Source: Spirochaetota bacterium (lineage in GTDB: Bacteria; Spirochaetota; UBA4802; UBA5550). From it: a stretch of DNA of 64,000 nucleotides. Below, piece after piece: positions 22,517 to 33,151 of the stretch. How positions within the stretch are numbered: position 1 is the stretch's first letter; each line of letters starts with the position of its first letter. The notes beneath the pieces are model-generated. The model saw only the letters and a program-made list of their open reading frames with translations. It was not told the origin of the DNA and ran no database searches. Position numbers and translations under genes: made by a program. The stretch covers positions 3,648,001-3,712,000 of the forward strand of contig CAXXHB010000003.1 of assembly GCA_963664815.2 (NCBI GenBank). Reading direction: 5' to 3'.

Positions 22517-22620
22517 CCCACAATGATCCTGGCTAAACGACATCGAAACGGTTTTTACCACCATATGGCGAATCCCAAGTGAGGGACTCCGGCGCGGCGG
22601 GTAAGCCTTGAGTCTGTCGC
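22517..22620 (-). other. Degenerate attC-like site (family A)
   Basis: ggcgaatcccaagtgagggactccggcgcggcgggtaagc is homologous to the attC at 49534-49634. Confidence 0.65.
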
Positions 22621-22746
22621 AAAAATAAACATTAATTTACAAACACACAGGATGTGAATAATATCAATCATCTTTTTAAAAAAAGATATGAAGAAAACGG
22701 AATAGATCTGTATCTTCCTGAAGGAAAATATTTAAGGTGATAATAT

Positions 22747-22880
22747 AAAATATTTCAGAAGATACCCGATCTTCGGGATACAGACAGGATTGTAAAAATA
22801 AAAACAGCATTATTCAGCTGATCTTATTTTATGCTGCTGAATTTTGATTTTAAAAAGTTACTTTTACGATATATTCCTTT
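22747..22880. repeat. ~135-bp dispersed repeat, second copy at ~36152-36290
   Basis: Shared gaagatac.cgatcttcgg.atacagaca...gatcttatttt...agttacttttacga. Confidence 0.75.
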
Positions 22881-22904
22881 GCTATACGAAGTTTAGCCTC
22901 TTTT

Positions 22905-23120
22905 TTATTTCCAGTTGAATTTTAGTTTCTTACGGCTTTTGGCACAATCACTCAGATACAAATTCATTAATTTTTGATATGGAATTCCTATTTCTCCAGC
23001 CAACGATTTGAAGTAATCAATAGTATCTTCATCTATTCTTATCGTAATCTGCTTTTTAAGTTTACCTGAATATGGATTCTTAATTGAATTTTCAAAATTA
23101 TATTCTTTTCTCATTTTCAA
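22905..23120 (-). CDS. BrnA-family antitoxin
   Basis: MRKEYNF...NPY...KKQITIRID...IPYQ. Confidence 0.85.
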   Translation of the reverse strand: MKMRKEYNFENSIKNPYSGKLKKQITIRIDEDTIDYFKSLAGEIGIPYQKLMNLYLSDCAKSRKKLKFNWK

Positions 23121-23404
23121 AACTCCTGATATTGCTTTTTCTCATTCTTTGTTGCTTTTCTTGCAGATATGATTCTTATTGCCTCATTCTCTTCACGATA
23201 GCAATGGCAAACAACAAGAATATTCAACATTTCACTTAATCCGAGAATAAGAAATCTCTCCTCATCTTCAGAGTGATCCGGATCATGCATCAATCGTGCA
23301 TTATCATCATAAAATACAGATTTAGCTTCCTCAAAAGATATTCCGTGTTTCTGAATATTGGTGTAATTTTTCTTATTATCCCATGTAAAGGAAATGCTTT
23401 TCAT
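23117..23404 (-). CDS. BrnT-family toxin
   Basis: FTWD..KN..NIQKHGISFEEA...EERF...IRIISARKA. Confidence 0.9.
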   Translation of the reverse strand: MKSISFTWDNKKNYTNIQKHGISFEEAKSVFYDDNARLMHDPDHSEDEERFLILGLSEMLNILVVCHCYREENEAIRIISARKATKNEKKQYQEF

Positions 23405-23629
23405 AATTATATTTTAATTATAAAATAATTATATGTCAAATCAAAATTACCTGCTTAATCTTTTTTAATTTTATTTCAGGTGTTGTTCCTAATGCAAAAG
23501 CAACTTTTCCGGGAAAAGAAAGAGATACATTTTTATAATTTCCTGATTCAAGGCGGGCAATTGCCGGTTGTGATGTCCCAACGTTTAAAGCCAATTCTTT
23601 CTGTGCAAGATGATTAGTTTTTCTCAGTT

Positions 23630-24451
23630 CTATATTTTCTTTCCAATATAAAACACATACCCGTAATATTCTTTATACTTATAATAAAGTTCAGCTCCAT
23701 GCTTTTCGTATTTTACAAACTCTTCGGCAGATTTATTACCTTTGTATTTTTCCAGAAATATTTTTTGCGCCGTCATTTCCGGAACAAAAAAATTGTCAAT
23801 CCAGCAGATTTCAGGCAATATGAACGATGCCATAACAACATAGCCTGCTTTCTGCATTTGAGCAATTTTATTTGGAATGGTGTCTATTTCAGGATATGCT
23901 TCATTCCAGAAATCAAATATTTCCTTTGGCCGATCTTCTGTAAACCATGATGCATCAGTAACAGCAACATAGCCCCCCTTTTTCAAAAACCTGTTCCAGT
24001 AGTTCATACCTTTTTCAAAACCAATATTATATATTGCTCCCTCACACCAGATAAGATCTAATTCATTTAATTGAAAATCGAGTTTATCCATTGAACCGAT
24101 AACCCCTTTAACTCTGCTGTGAAGATTCAGTTTTTGTGCATTGTCATTCAGTTTGTCGATAAAACCGGGGAACAAATCAATGCCTGTAATATTTCCTGGA
24201 GTATTTTGAGCCAGAACTATGGTCTGACCTCCGGTACCGCAACCGAGATCAGCGATGTTTGATTTTTCGTGTATATTATCAATAAAGCTCAATGCTTTTA
24301 TTGTCGCCTCACGGCTTCCCGGGCCCTGACGATCCATAGTGGAAAAAAATTCGCAAATTAATGAAATATCAAAATCGTGAATATTATGCTCTTTATCGCT
24401 CATTTTATGTTCCTCCGGGAACCTGATGATGCTATAGTTTATTTTATACAA
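23630..24451 (-). CDS. Class I SAM-dependent methyltransferase
   Basis: [20 protein letters not shown]; the true start is probably the downstream Met (MSDKEH). Confidence 0.9.
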   Translation of the reverse strand: MYKINYSIIRFPEEHKMSDKEHNIHDFDISLICEFFSTMDRQGPGSREATIKALSFIDNIHEKSNIADLGCGTGGQTIVLAQNTPGNITGIDLFPGFIDKLNDNAQKLNLHSRVKGVIGSMDKLDFQLNELDLIWCEGAIYNIGFEKGMNYWNRFLKKGGYVAVTDASWFTEDRPKEIFDFWNEAYPEIDTIPNKIAQMQKAGYVVMASFILPEICWIDNFFVPEMTAQKIFLEKYKGNKSAEEFVKYEKHGAELYYKYKEYYGYVFYIGKKI

Positions 24452-24512
24452 TATACTTTTACGGTGACATGGATGACGCTGTTAAAATTGTCTCCGTCAT
24501 ATAACATTGGCA

Positions 24513-24914
24513 TTATCTATTTTTCACAAATTCAATCAATTCAATTGGTGCTCCATTATGCTCAACCATTGCGACTCTGACCCCATCTGAAGGTATATCC
24601 GGATTTGTTATTATTTTTAAATCACGGTTTTTTAATTCAAAATCCAGGTTTTCTACTTCAAATGCAATATGCGGAACCGTCTGAATTAATTTATCAATCG
24701 GACTATCTTTCTCAAATCTCATCCATTCAATTCCGAAGGGACTGCTGCTGAATCCTGAAACATAGAACTTAAACTGTGGTAAATATTTTTCACCGGACAT
24801 TATCTTATCTGTCGGAATTCCCAGATGATGATATTTCCATCCCCACTTTTCTGTCACTTCAGGTAGTTCATAATCAAGTCTTATTTTTTGCATATTATTC
24901 CCCGTTTTGTACAA
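24513..24914 (-). CDS. VOC/glyoxalase-like protein
   Basis: YHHLGIPT, PHIAFEV, GAPIELIEF. Confidence 0.65.
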   Translation of the reverse strand: MYKTGNNMQKIRLDYELPEVTEKWGWKYHHLGIPTDKIMSGEKYLPQFKFYVSGFSSSPFGIEWMRFEKDSPIDKLIQTVPHIAFEVENLDFELKNRDLKIITNPDIPSDGVRVAMVEHNGAPIELIEFVKNR

Positions 24915-25093
24915 CCAGACGACATCGGTAACAAACTACAATGCTTTCTGTACCCTTGTACCATCTGTTTTATAAATAATCAACACATCTTCCGGCTCTT
25001 AAACCCTGCATGGCTTACATATATATCGGCATGTCTTTTTATATCTTTTTTTACGCTTACTATACGCTGATTTTCCTGACTATTCTTTATTCA

Positions 25094-25531
25094 TCATAAT
25101 TTTAAATTGTCATTTTGATCAAATTCCCAATACGGGTTAAATGCCACTTCAAATATATGTCCGTCAAAATCTTTAAAATAACCGCTGTAACCACCCCAGA
25201 AAACCTTCTGTGCCGGCTTAATAATTTCAGCGCCATATTTTTCAACTTCGATCAATACTTCATCAACTTCTGCTTCAGATTTTGCATTGTATGATATTGT
25301 TATTCCGGAAAATTCAGATTTGACATTCTTTAACATCGCATCCTCGGCAAGTTTCTGACGCGGATATAAGGCCAGTGTTATGCCTCCCAAAGGGAATAAT
25401 GCAAGATGATCCATGCTCAGTTTTGATTTTTTCCAGCCCAACCCTTTTTCATAAAAGTTCAATGACTTTTCAAAATTATCAACTCCCAACGTTATCAAAT
25501 TCATTTTTTGCCGCATAAATATATCCCTCAA
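25094..25531 (-). CDS. VOC family protein
   Basis: LITLGV...FYEKGLGW, FWGGYSGYFKDFDGH. Confidence 0.88.
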   Translation of the reverse strand: MRDIFMRQKMNLITLGVDNFEKSLNFYEKGLGWKKSKLSMDHLALFPLGGITLALYPRQKLAEDAMLKNVKSEFSGITISYNAKSEAEVDEVLIEVEKYGAEIIKPAQKVFWGGYSGYFKDFDGHIFEVAFNPYWEFDQNDNLKL

Positions 25532-25605
25532 TATATATTATTTTTAATCCCATCCGCGCATGAATGCGTGGTCATTCCTTAAATTGTCATACCATGACTC
25601 CGGCA

Positions 25606-25715
25606 TACCAACGCTTTGCTTATGCGGCGTTTCGCGGCCTTTTACGGGATGCGGCGCAGCCCGAACGACCGGCAGTGAGTGAAGCACATAAGCTTTGCAG
25701 CTGTATCGTTGTTTG
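25606..25715 (-). other. attC-like site (family A), partly degenerate
   Basis: gcttatg...gcccgaacgacc...gagtgaagc.cataagc is homologous to the attC at 45762-45861; lies just after the stop of the upstream gene. Confidence 0.75.
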
Positions 25716-25720
25716 CGATT

Positions 25721-26134
25721 TTAAGAATATGACTGAATTATTTTTTCTGACCAGAATGTATCAAAAATATTGGCTGCGCCTCCATGTTCAACAATTTTAT
25801 TATCAATGACTTTGTCAATGTTCACTCCAGTAAACAGTAATTTTTTTCCTGATGGTTTTATTCCCAGCCATTCACCAAGATGTGTTCCCTCAGTAATTAT
25901 TTCTGAAATGACAAAATCTCTATCTATATGCTGCCGAACAATTTTAATCTTAAGATCAGGATAAGTTATCCTGACATCGATCAGATGCTGCTTCATACCT
26001 TCCAATCCTATTGGTATTATGGTTTCACCACTTCTTGCGGTGCAGTCAACTGATACATAATTTTCAACTTCATTTATGAGATTATTGGAAACAATATTCT
26101 CATAAAACTCCTTTATCATCTGTTTTTTGTCCAT
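25721..26134 (-). CDS. SnoaL-like ester cyclase
   Basis: YPDL, GTHLGEWLGIKPSGK, KIVEH. Confidence 0.85.
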   Translation of the reverse strand: MDKKQMIKEFYENIVSNNLINEVENYVSVDCTARSGETIIPIGLEGMKQHLIDVRITYPDLKIKIVRQHIDRDFVISEIITEGTHLGEWLGIKPSGKKLLFTGVNIDKVIDNKIVEHGGAANIFDTFWSEKIIQSYS

Positions 26135-26173
26135 ATATTACCTCCTTAAATTAGTTTGGCATTTGTTATTTAT

Positions 26174-27142
26174 CTAAATGTTTACAACGACATTACCTTT
26201 TTCGAGCCCTCTTTCAATATATCGGTGAGCTTCAACCATTTGTTCCAATGGAAAACTCTGGTCTATTATTGTTTTTAACTTTCCTTCCTTAAAAAGCTTA
26301 ATAATTTCTTTGAGAAAGGTTAAACGTTCAGAAACCGGCCTGAGCCCTGTTGCCGAAAACACAACTTTTTTACTATTGAATCTTGAAGTTAAAAAGGTTT
26401 GAAAAAGAATTGAAATCGTCGGGTAAGTCGTCAGGTAAAACCCTCTTTTACCAAGTGAGTTTTTGAACTTTAAAGCTGAAGGTTTGCCTGACGCATCTAA
26501 TATGATATCATAAGTCAGACCATTTTTTGTAAAATCCTCTATGGTATTATCAATTACGTTATCAGCTCCCAGATTTTTCACCATTTCAAAACTGGATGAA
26601 CTGCACACTCCCGTAACTTCCGCCCCAAACACTTTGGCTATTTGTACAGCAGCCAAACCTATATTACCGGAAGCTCCATAGATGAGAACTCTTTGCCCAC
26701 TCTGAATATTTGCTATTGCTTTCAAAAGGTTCCATGCTGCCAATGCCCCGCATACAGGTGCCGCTTCATTGTCGGACAGTTCGGGAGGCTTTATTGACAA
26801 TAAACCAGCTTCATGCATACACATATACTCGGCATAACAACCAAAACCTGAACCAGTGACGCCGAAAACCCTGTCACCTTTTTTAAACAGCGTTACACCT
26901 TTGCCAACTTCTTCAATTTCTCCACAAAATTCAGTACCAAATATCGGTTTTCTGGGTTTAGTTAAACCAATAAAAACTCTTGCAAAATAAGGTTTACCAT
27001 TTCGTTGCATAATATCCTCTATGCCTGTAAAAACAGTATATACCCTTATTAACAGTTCGTTGTTTTTCGGGACAGGTTTTTCCACCTCTTTGAGTTGAAG
27101 AACTTCCGATGGCCCGTATTTTTCACAGACAATGGCTTTCAT
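26174..27142 (-). CDS. NAD(P)-dependent alcohol dehydrogenase, MDR family
   Basis: MKAIV..KYGP, GASGNIG, GNVVV. Confidence 0.9.
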   Translation of the reverse strand: MKAIVCEKYGPSEVLQLKEVEKPVPKNNELLIRVYTVFTGIEDIMQRNGKPYFARVFIGLTKPRKPIFGTEFCGEIEEVGKGVTLFKKGDRVFGVTGSGFGCYAEYMCMHEAGLLSIKPPELSDNEAAPVCGALAAWNLLKAIANIQSGQRVLIYGASGNIGLAAVQIAKVFGAEVTGVCSSSSFEMVKNLGADNVIDNTIEDFTKNGLTYDIILDASGKPSALKFKNSLGKRGFYLTTYPTISILFQTFLTSRFNSKKVVFSATGLRPVSERLTFLKEIIKLFKEGKLKTIIDQSFPLEQMVEAHRYIERGLEKGNVVVNI

Positions 27143-27194
27143 TTTTTCCTCATTTCAAATTTATTTTCATTGTAATTCAACATCATGCGGTTTT

Positions 27195-27306
27195 ATTAAA
27201 CGTAAGGTTGTAACCGACATTCGCAGCAGGCGGATGCGGCTAAGCCCAGGCAATGCAAGTACAATGAATTGAGCACTGAGCGGAGCGATTACAGGCATTT
27301 GTTCAC
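27195..27306 (-). other. Possible degenerate attC-like site
   Basis: aacg..tgtaaccgac...gcgg.taagccc...gagcggagcgattaca...tgtt resembles family A. Confidence 0.4.
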
Positions 27307-27356
27307 AATAATGCTATCCACTCAACATGCATCATTTTTCTTTCCTGAGCGGCTGA

Positions 27357-27791
27357 TTAATCATCCAGTGCGATGGATGATTCTGCGGCCAATTTCAGAA
27401 GCCGTTTAAATTCTGCCCGTTCGGCATCCGTCATTTGCTGAGTCATGCGCCGGGAACACTCATCCATTTGATTTTTCACAAACGGATATACATTCCAGGC
27501 TTTTTCGGTTGGGCGGATGTCATATGTTCGTTTGTCCTTTTCACTGGCAGTACGAACCATAAATCCCATTTCCTCCAGTTTTGTCACGGTCTTTGCAATT
27601 ACACTTTTGTCAAGGCTGAGCCGCTTTGTTATACCATCCTGTGTCAGCACCTTAAAATCGCAAACGATCAAAATCACAACAGCCTGCGCGGCCGTAAGGG
27701 AATATTGTGCACAACCGTCGTTGAGCCAGAGGTGTGATTTCCTGTACAAAATAGAAATGGATTTAAATGTACTATCTATAGCGTTAAGCAT
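27357..27791 (-). CDS. MarR family transcriptional regulator
   Basis: wHTH: LDKSVIAKTVTKLEEMG...DKR. Confidence 0.9.
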   Translation of the reverse strand: MLNAIDSTFKSISILYRKSHLWLNDGCAQYSLTAAQAVVILIVCDFKVLTQDGITKRLSLDKSVIAKTVTKLEEMGFMVRTASEKDKRTYDIRPTEKAWNVYPFVKNQMDECSRRMTQQMTDAERAEFKRLLKLAAESSIALDD

Positions 27792-27879
27792 ACTTTGACC
27801 CTCTTTTATACGGAATTACTCCCGCTTGCCGGACAGGAAAAATTTCCTATGTGATTCGTTTCAGGCTACATTCCTATTT

Positions 27880-28330
27880 TTAAAGGGGGACTGCAGCCGA
27901 TTGTTGAACGGAACCTGATTCAGTTAAAACAGTTCGATGTATTTAAAAAATTACCTGTTTTGCCTCTGCATGAATTCTGAGTTATTTATCATTGAGCAAT
28001 TCGGTTTTAAGCTTTCACCTTAAGAATTACACAGGGCATTATCCCAACAGTTCCCTTTTCGACTCATTCTGCAACTAAATCTTCTGCGCGCAATTTCTTT
28101 TTAATATTCTTCACAGCAATATTAAACCAATCGATCAGAATTGAAAAAGTCCGGCATCAGGATGCATTCCAGGGAAAGCATCCGTTAACGCGTTTGTCAC
28201 ATGTTCTTCCTGCATTCAACCGTACACAATCCCGAGCCGTCTTTTAATGAACGCCTGATTCTTTTACGGTTCTCCTGATAGTGTAACCATTCAGAATTCA
28301 AGGAACGGATAGTTTCCTTAATCCCCGTGA
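27880..28330 (-). pseudogene. Decayed IS3-family transposase remnant (boundaries approximate)
   Basis: Reverse strand reads MSRKGNCWDNA (~28035-28070) and FKYIELF (~27930-27950). Confidence 0.65.
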
Positions 28331-28408
28331 TTATTTATTATCTCAGGGCGATTCCAGCCTGCTGTTTTAAATATAGTTCAATATTATAAGATTATTTTAA
28401 TTCATTAT

Positions 28409-28480
28409 GGTGGCATTTGCAACTATTTATTGACACACAGTAATTCGTCCGCTATATGGATAAAAGTGGCACATGCCACC
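28409..28480. promoter_or_regulatory. Two palindromic boxes upstream of the MFS gene, candidate MarR operators
   Basis: gtggcatttgcaac and gtggcacatgccac flank a TTGACA. Confidence 0.45.
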
Positions 28481-28517
28481 ATATTTTATACTTTATGCAT
28501 ATAAAGGAGCACTTTAC

Positions 28518-30194
28518 ATGGAAAAAACAGAAAAAATATGGAACAGAGAATTTGTTCTTCTCTTTATCACAAATCTGCTGGTGCTGGCAGCATTTTATGC
28601 ATCTATTCCAATTATCCCGGTTTACTGTCAGCAGATTGGAATCACCGGATCCAAAATAGGAATTGTACTGACGGCAATGTCCATTTCAACCATTCTGTTT
28701 CGTCCTGTTGCCGGATACTTACTGGATAATTTTAATCGATATCGTGTGTACTTGCTGTTTTTAGGCTTGTTTTGTTTTGCATTTCCAGGCTTTATCGCAT
28801 TCCCTGTATTTGGTGCGTTAATCATAATACGCCTGTACATGGGGGCCGTGTATTCAGTATGCGGCTCTGCGACAATGACACTGGCCAGTGATGTTCTACC
28901 CCGTACTAAAATCACACAGGGCATCAGCCGGTTTGCCTTTACGATATCAATCGGTATGGCAGTTGGTCCTTATGTGGGCATTCAGGTACAGAACCACATG
29001 AGCAGCAAAGCATCTTTCCTTACGATTTTTGCAATTACGCTGGCAGCCTTGATTTGCGTATCCCGCTGCAAAATCAGTTATCCAAAGGTTGAGCGGAAGA
29101 ATTTCGCGCTCAGGGATGCTGTATACAATCCTGCACTTCCGTTCATGTTCAATATGATGTTTCTTATGATCCCTTACGGCGCTGTAATCGCATATTCTTC
29201 CATGTTGGCACAGGAAAAGCAGTTAACATCTGTTATCCCATACTTCTATATCTGTCTTGTCGCCGGTATGCTGGCATCAAAATTCACAACACAAAAAATG
29301 ATTGATGCCGGCAGGCACCGCATTCTGGTCTATGCCAGTTTAGCGGTTTTGACTGCAACAATGGCCAGCTATGCATTTCTGACAACCGGAATACATTTGC
29401 TTATTGCCGCATTACTTTTTGGATTTGGTTACGGTATTTTGCAGCCGCTGTTTCAAGCATTTGTTACGGGAACAACCTCCGCCCCAAAACGAGGGGTTGC
29501 AAATGCCACCTATTTGCTGTCTTATGATATTGGCATCGGAATCGGCGCCCTCCTGATGGGCTGCCTGCAGGAAACCACCGGGTTGTCGATCGGATTTGCT
29601 TTGACAGCCGTTGCATATGTAATCGGAGGGCTCATTTACGCAGCATATGTGGACCGTTATTATCTTAAGCTGAAAATCAATTCCGGGGTTCATATTGTTC
29701 GTTCTGATGCGTTGTCACAGCATATGCAGCATGAGGTATATGCATTGCAGGAAGACGCAACTGTGCATGATGCCCTTTTCTATTTTTCGGACAAGCATAT
29801 CAGCGGAGCACCCATTGTTTCCGCAAACGACGCGGCTGTCGGATTTATCAGTGATGGTGATATTATGCGGTATTTGCGAGAGGATGAACATCCACCATTT
29901 GCAATTGACAGTTCGGCATCATTCATGGCTTTCCGGAACCCTGATGCTGAATTCGAACAAAAGCTGGATTCTGTAATGAATCTGAATGTGCTTGAAATTG
30001 GCACCAACAAGCCTATCACAATATCAGCAAACGCCTCCATTGAAGATGTCTGCAATTTGCTGAGTGAAGCAGGAGTCAAGAAGGTGCCGGTGGTTGACGG
30101 AGATAAAGTAGTCGGCATCATTACACGTTCGACCATAACACATTATTTGACAAGACGTCATCTTGAACATGCACAAAAAAGTATTTCCGATTAA
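28518..30194 (+). CDS. MFS transporter fused to a C-terminal CBS pair
   Basis: MFS-type TM region, then ISGAPIV/GFISDGDI and KKVPVVDG..VGIITR. Start placed after AAGGAG; the ORF track gives 28473. Confidence 0.88.
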   Translation: MEKTEKIWNREFVLLFITNLLVLAAFYASIPIIPVYCQQIGITGSKIGIVLTAMSISTILFRPVAGYLLDNFNRYRVYLLFLGLFCFAFPGFIAFPVFGALIIIRLYMGAVYSVCGSATMTLASDVLPRTKITQGISRFAFTISIGMAVGPYVGIQVQNHMSSKASFLTIFAITLAALICVSRCKISYPKVERKNFALRDAVYNPALPFMFNMMFLMIPYGAVIAYSSMLAQEKQLTSVIPYFYICLVAGMLASKFTTQKMIDAGRHRILVYASLAVLTATMASYAFLTTGIHLLIAALLFGFGYGILQPLFQAFVTGTTSAPKRGVANATYLLSYDIGIGIGALLMGCLQETTGLSIGFALTAVAYVIGGLIYAAYVDRYYLKLKINSGVHIVRSDALSQHMQHEVYALQEDATVHDALFYFSDKHISGAPIVSANDAAVGFISDGDIMRYLREDEHPPFAIDSSASFMAFRNPDAEFEQKLDSVMNLNVLEIGTNKPITISANASIEDVCNLLSEAGVKKVPVVDGDKVVGIITRSTITHYLTRRHLEHAQKSISD

Positions 30195-30339
30195 AAAATA
30201 ATGATATTCTCTATTTCATTTATTTTTTGTTTCAGGTTGTTATGATAAACTTGCAGTTTATTACCTGTTCATAAATTACGGATTTCATGGGATTGTATAA
30301 GTATTTCATTTATAATTATTATCAGATACTCTGATGATC

Positions 30340-30443
30340 GTCTGAACCCTGATTTACCTGATTACAGGATGGGCAGGATTCATCTGCCAGTTCCGGAGAC
30401 TGTCGTCATGATAATCTTTTAATCCTTAAATCGCGGTTCAGAC
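30340..30443. repeat. Small palindromic (MITE/REP-like) element
   Basis: gtctgaaccctgattta ... taaatcgcggttcagac imperfect terminal inverted repeat. Confidence 0.55.
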
Positions 30444-30519
30444 AGCAGCGGTATCCAGTTGAGTATAAAGTTCATATATTCAATAAAAATCATTTTTTCA
30501 GGAAGCCCTAAATGTAAAT

Positions 30520-31104
30520 TTAATTGTCATTTATTATTGAAAGGAGTACTTTTTTTATATTTTTCCTATACTTTTCCGACTCAGCTTTGCTTATGAAAAA
30601 GTGTTTAAAATATCTGAAACCCTGGATAACGGATATAATAAGCTCAGCCTTTTCCTGGGGATCTTTTATTTTCACTTTACCTGAAGCATTAGCTTGTTCA
30701 AGTTCACATCTTATGAGTTTAATGAATTCATTATACAACATTTCAAGGTGAGCAAAGACCTTTTTATCTCTAAAGCTCACGGATATTATAGAAATATCAC
30801 CGGATATATCGGTGTTCTTATACCACGTCTCACTGATAAGGAGATCGCAGAGCTTGTCCAGGCGTTTTACAGTATCATTTGTCTCAATATCAAGTTCCGT
30901 AAACAATTTATTATATTTGTGACTAATATACTTAACAAGTTCAACAATCAAGTTGTCTTTTGTATCAAAGTAATGTATTAGCAAACTAGGGTTAACCTTC
31001 ATCCGTTTGGCGACTTTAGCGATAGATGCACCCTCAACACCCTCTCTCAATATTATATAGTAATAATTTTTCAGTATATCCTGTTTACGTAGTTCTGCTT
31101 TCAT
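30520..31104 (-). CDS. TetR family regulator
   Basis: EGASIAKVAKRMKVNPSLLIHYFDTKD. Confidence 0.9.
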   Translation of the reverse strand: MKAELRKQDILKNYYYIILREGVEGASIAKVAKRMKVNPSLLIHYFDTKDNLIVELVKYISHKYNKLFTELDIETNDTVKRLDKLCDLLISETWYKNTDISGDISIISVSFRDKKVFAHLEMLYNEFIKLIRCELEQANASGKVKIKDPQEKAELIISVIQGFRYFKHFFISKAESEKYRKNIKKVLLSIINDN

Positions 31105-31360
31105 AATTAATTTCTTTTGTTAATACCGGTATATTTTTTTACATATGCTTTGATAATTAATGAATGTAATATTAATATTTATTATATGTGTTCAGGACGA
31201 TTTTGTCAGACATTATAAGATGTTTATAACGAATACGTTTTTACATTGACATTTCGGTTTAATACCGGTCAAGTATAAATTATAAGCAATCATTCTGATC
31301 TTCCCCTGATATAGTGGACATTAAGTTAAGCCGAAAATATAATAAATTTGGAGGCTTACA

Positions 31361-31651
31361 ATGTCAGAGAGAAGTAAATACAGCCCGGAATTTAAGAAAG
31401 AGGCTGTAGAATTATTAAGAACCAGCGGAAAGACATCACTTGAAATAGCGAATGATCTTGGGATTAAAAGAGATAATCTATTGCGCTGGAATAGGGAAAT
31501 TGAAACAGAGGAAAGGAATTCCGGGACAATAACAATAAATCCTCAGGATAGTGAAGAAATTAAACGACTCAAGAAGGAAATGTTGATTCTTAAGCAGGAG
31601 CGTGACATTCTAAAAAAGGCTCTGGGCATATTCTCGAAACCACAAGAATGA
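31361..31651 (+). CDS. IS3 OrfA (HTH)
   Basis: YSPEFKKEAV...ERDILKKA; A6G slippery site near 31612. Confidence 0.93.
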   Translation: MSERSKYSPEFKKEAVELLRTSGKTSLEIANDLGIKRDNLLRWNREIETEERNSGTITINPQDSEEIKRLKKEMLILKQERDILKKALGIFSKPQE

Positions 31652-32517
31652 AATATGAATTCATCAAGGAACAGAGTACTGAATTTCCAGTATCGAGGAT
31701 ATGCCAGATTATGGATGTGAGTAAAAGCGGTTATTATGCCTGGCTGAAAGCTCCAAAGAGTATAAGAGGGCTTGAAAATGAAATACTATTGGAGAGGATA
31801 AAATCATCACATGAATCAAGCGGAGAGAGCTATGGCAGCCCCAGAATTCATCAGGATTTACTTGAAGAAGGTATTTTCTGCGGAATACATAGGGTTGAGA
31901 GGCTGATGAATGTGAATGGGATTCATGCAAAGACAAAGAAAAAATTTAAGGCAACCACTGATTCGGGTCATTCTTTGCCAGTGTCTGAGAATATACTAGA
32001 CAGGAATTTTACTGTTGAAGAGAAAGATAAAGTATATGTGTCAGATATAACCTATATCTGGACATTAGAAGGCTGGCTGTATTTATGTATAGTAATGGAT
32101 TTATTTTCCAGAATGATAGTCGGATGGTCAATGGCAAATCATATGAGAGCTGAACTTGTTGAAGATGCTTTTAACATGGCCTGTATGAGAAGAAATCCGG
32201 GCCCTGGCCTGATATTCCATTCTGATAGAGGTAAACAATATGCCAGCAAATCCTTCAGGGAATTACTTGAATCAAAGAAATGTATTCAGAGTATGAGCAG
32301 GAATGGCAATTGCTGGGATAATGCCTGTGCTGAATCTTTATTTCATTCGATGAAAACAGAAGAATTTTATTTTAATATTTACAAAACAAGGAATGAGGCT
32401 AAGAGAAGTATCTTTAGATATATTGAAATATTTTATAACCGTAAAAGAAGGCATTCACATCTGGGTTATAAAAGTCCGGAGATTTTTGAAAGATTAAATC
32501 TTAAAATAATGGCTTAA
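31648..32517 (+). CDS. IS3 OrfB (DDE integrase domain)
   Basis: SDITYI, FHSDRGKQY, GNCWDNACAES. Confidence 0.95.
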   Translation: MKYEFIKEQSTEFPVSRICQIMDVSKSGYYAWLKAPKSIRGLENEILLERIKSSHESSGESYGSPRIHQDLLEEGIFCGIHRVERLMNVNGIHAKTKKKFKATTDSGHSLPVSENILDRNFTVEEKDKVYVSDITYIWTLEGWLYLCIVMDLFSRMIVGWSMANHMRAELVEDAFNMACMRRNPGPGLIFHSDRGKQYASKSFRELLESKKCIQSMSRNGNCWDNACAESLFHSMKTEEFYFNIYKTRNEAKRSIFRYIEIFYNRKRRHSHLGYKSPEIFERLNLKIMA

Positions 32518-32976
32518 CAAAGTGTCCATTTTTTCGGGGGAACATCATTCCTTTAGGATAAATATACAGAATTTATAATATTAATCTTCAAAGAGATCAG
32601 TTGCCATCATTCTTTTCAATCTATCCACAATTACAAACGATACAGCAATTCCCTGAATATCATGCAGTTTGGAATAAACCCGGTATTGTTTAAGCATTTG
32701 ACACCCATTAATTCGAATAGAACGAATTATACGTCTTTTGCATCGACTAATGAATTATAAACTCTTTCCTTCTTAATAATTTTATAAATTTAGCTTCACC
32801 CGTTTCCATTTTTTAATTTCAGTCGTTCTGAGCGATTAAACGCCAAGATCTATCTCTCGCTGATTTCACTCCAACATCGCATAAAGAATCCCGATTACAC
32901 CAACTTAATAATTAATTGAATGTTCATTGAATTTTTTTGTCATATATATATGTTTTTTAGTTGACAATAATTATTT

Positions 32977-33018
32977 TTAACTAAACATTCAATTAATTTT
33001 CATTGAATGTTTAGTTAA
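32977..33018. promoter_or_regulatory. 17-bp perfect inverted repeat next to TTGACA (32961), candidate TetR-type operator
   Basis: ttaactaaacattcaat-N8-attgaatgtttagttaa. Confidence 0.6.
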
Positions 33019-33151
33019 TTTTTTTATTAAAATAATTATTTTAATACCAAGAATCATAATGGTTATATAAAACACATTTTTTATCTTAAATCCACAGTTG
33101 AACTACAGCTAAGTTTATTATTTTATCAAATATAATATATGAGGTGATGAG

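Larger units (their letters stand above)
31296..32547 (+). mobile_element. Complete IS3-family insertion sequence
   Basis: TG...CA ends; imperfect IRs tgatcttcccc..tggaca / tgtcca..ggggaacatca; 3-bp TTC target duplication. Confidence 0.95.
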
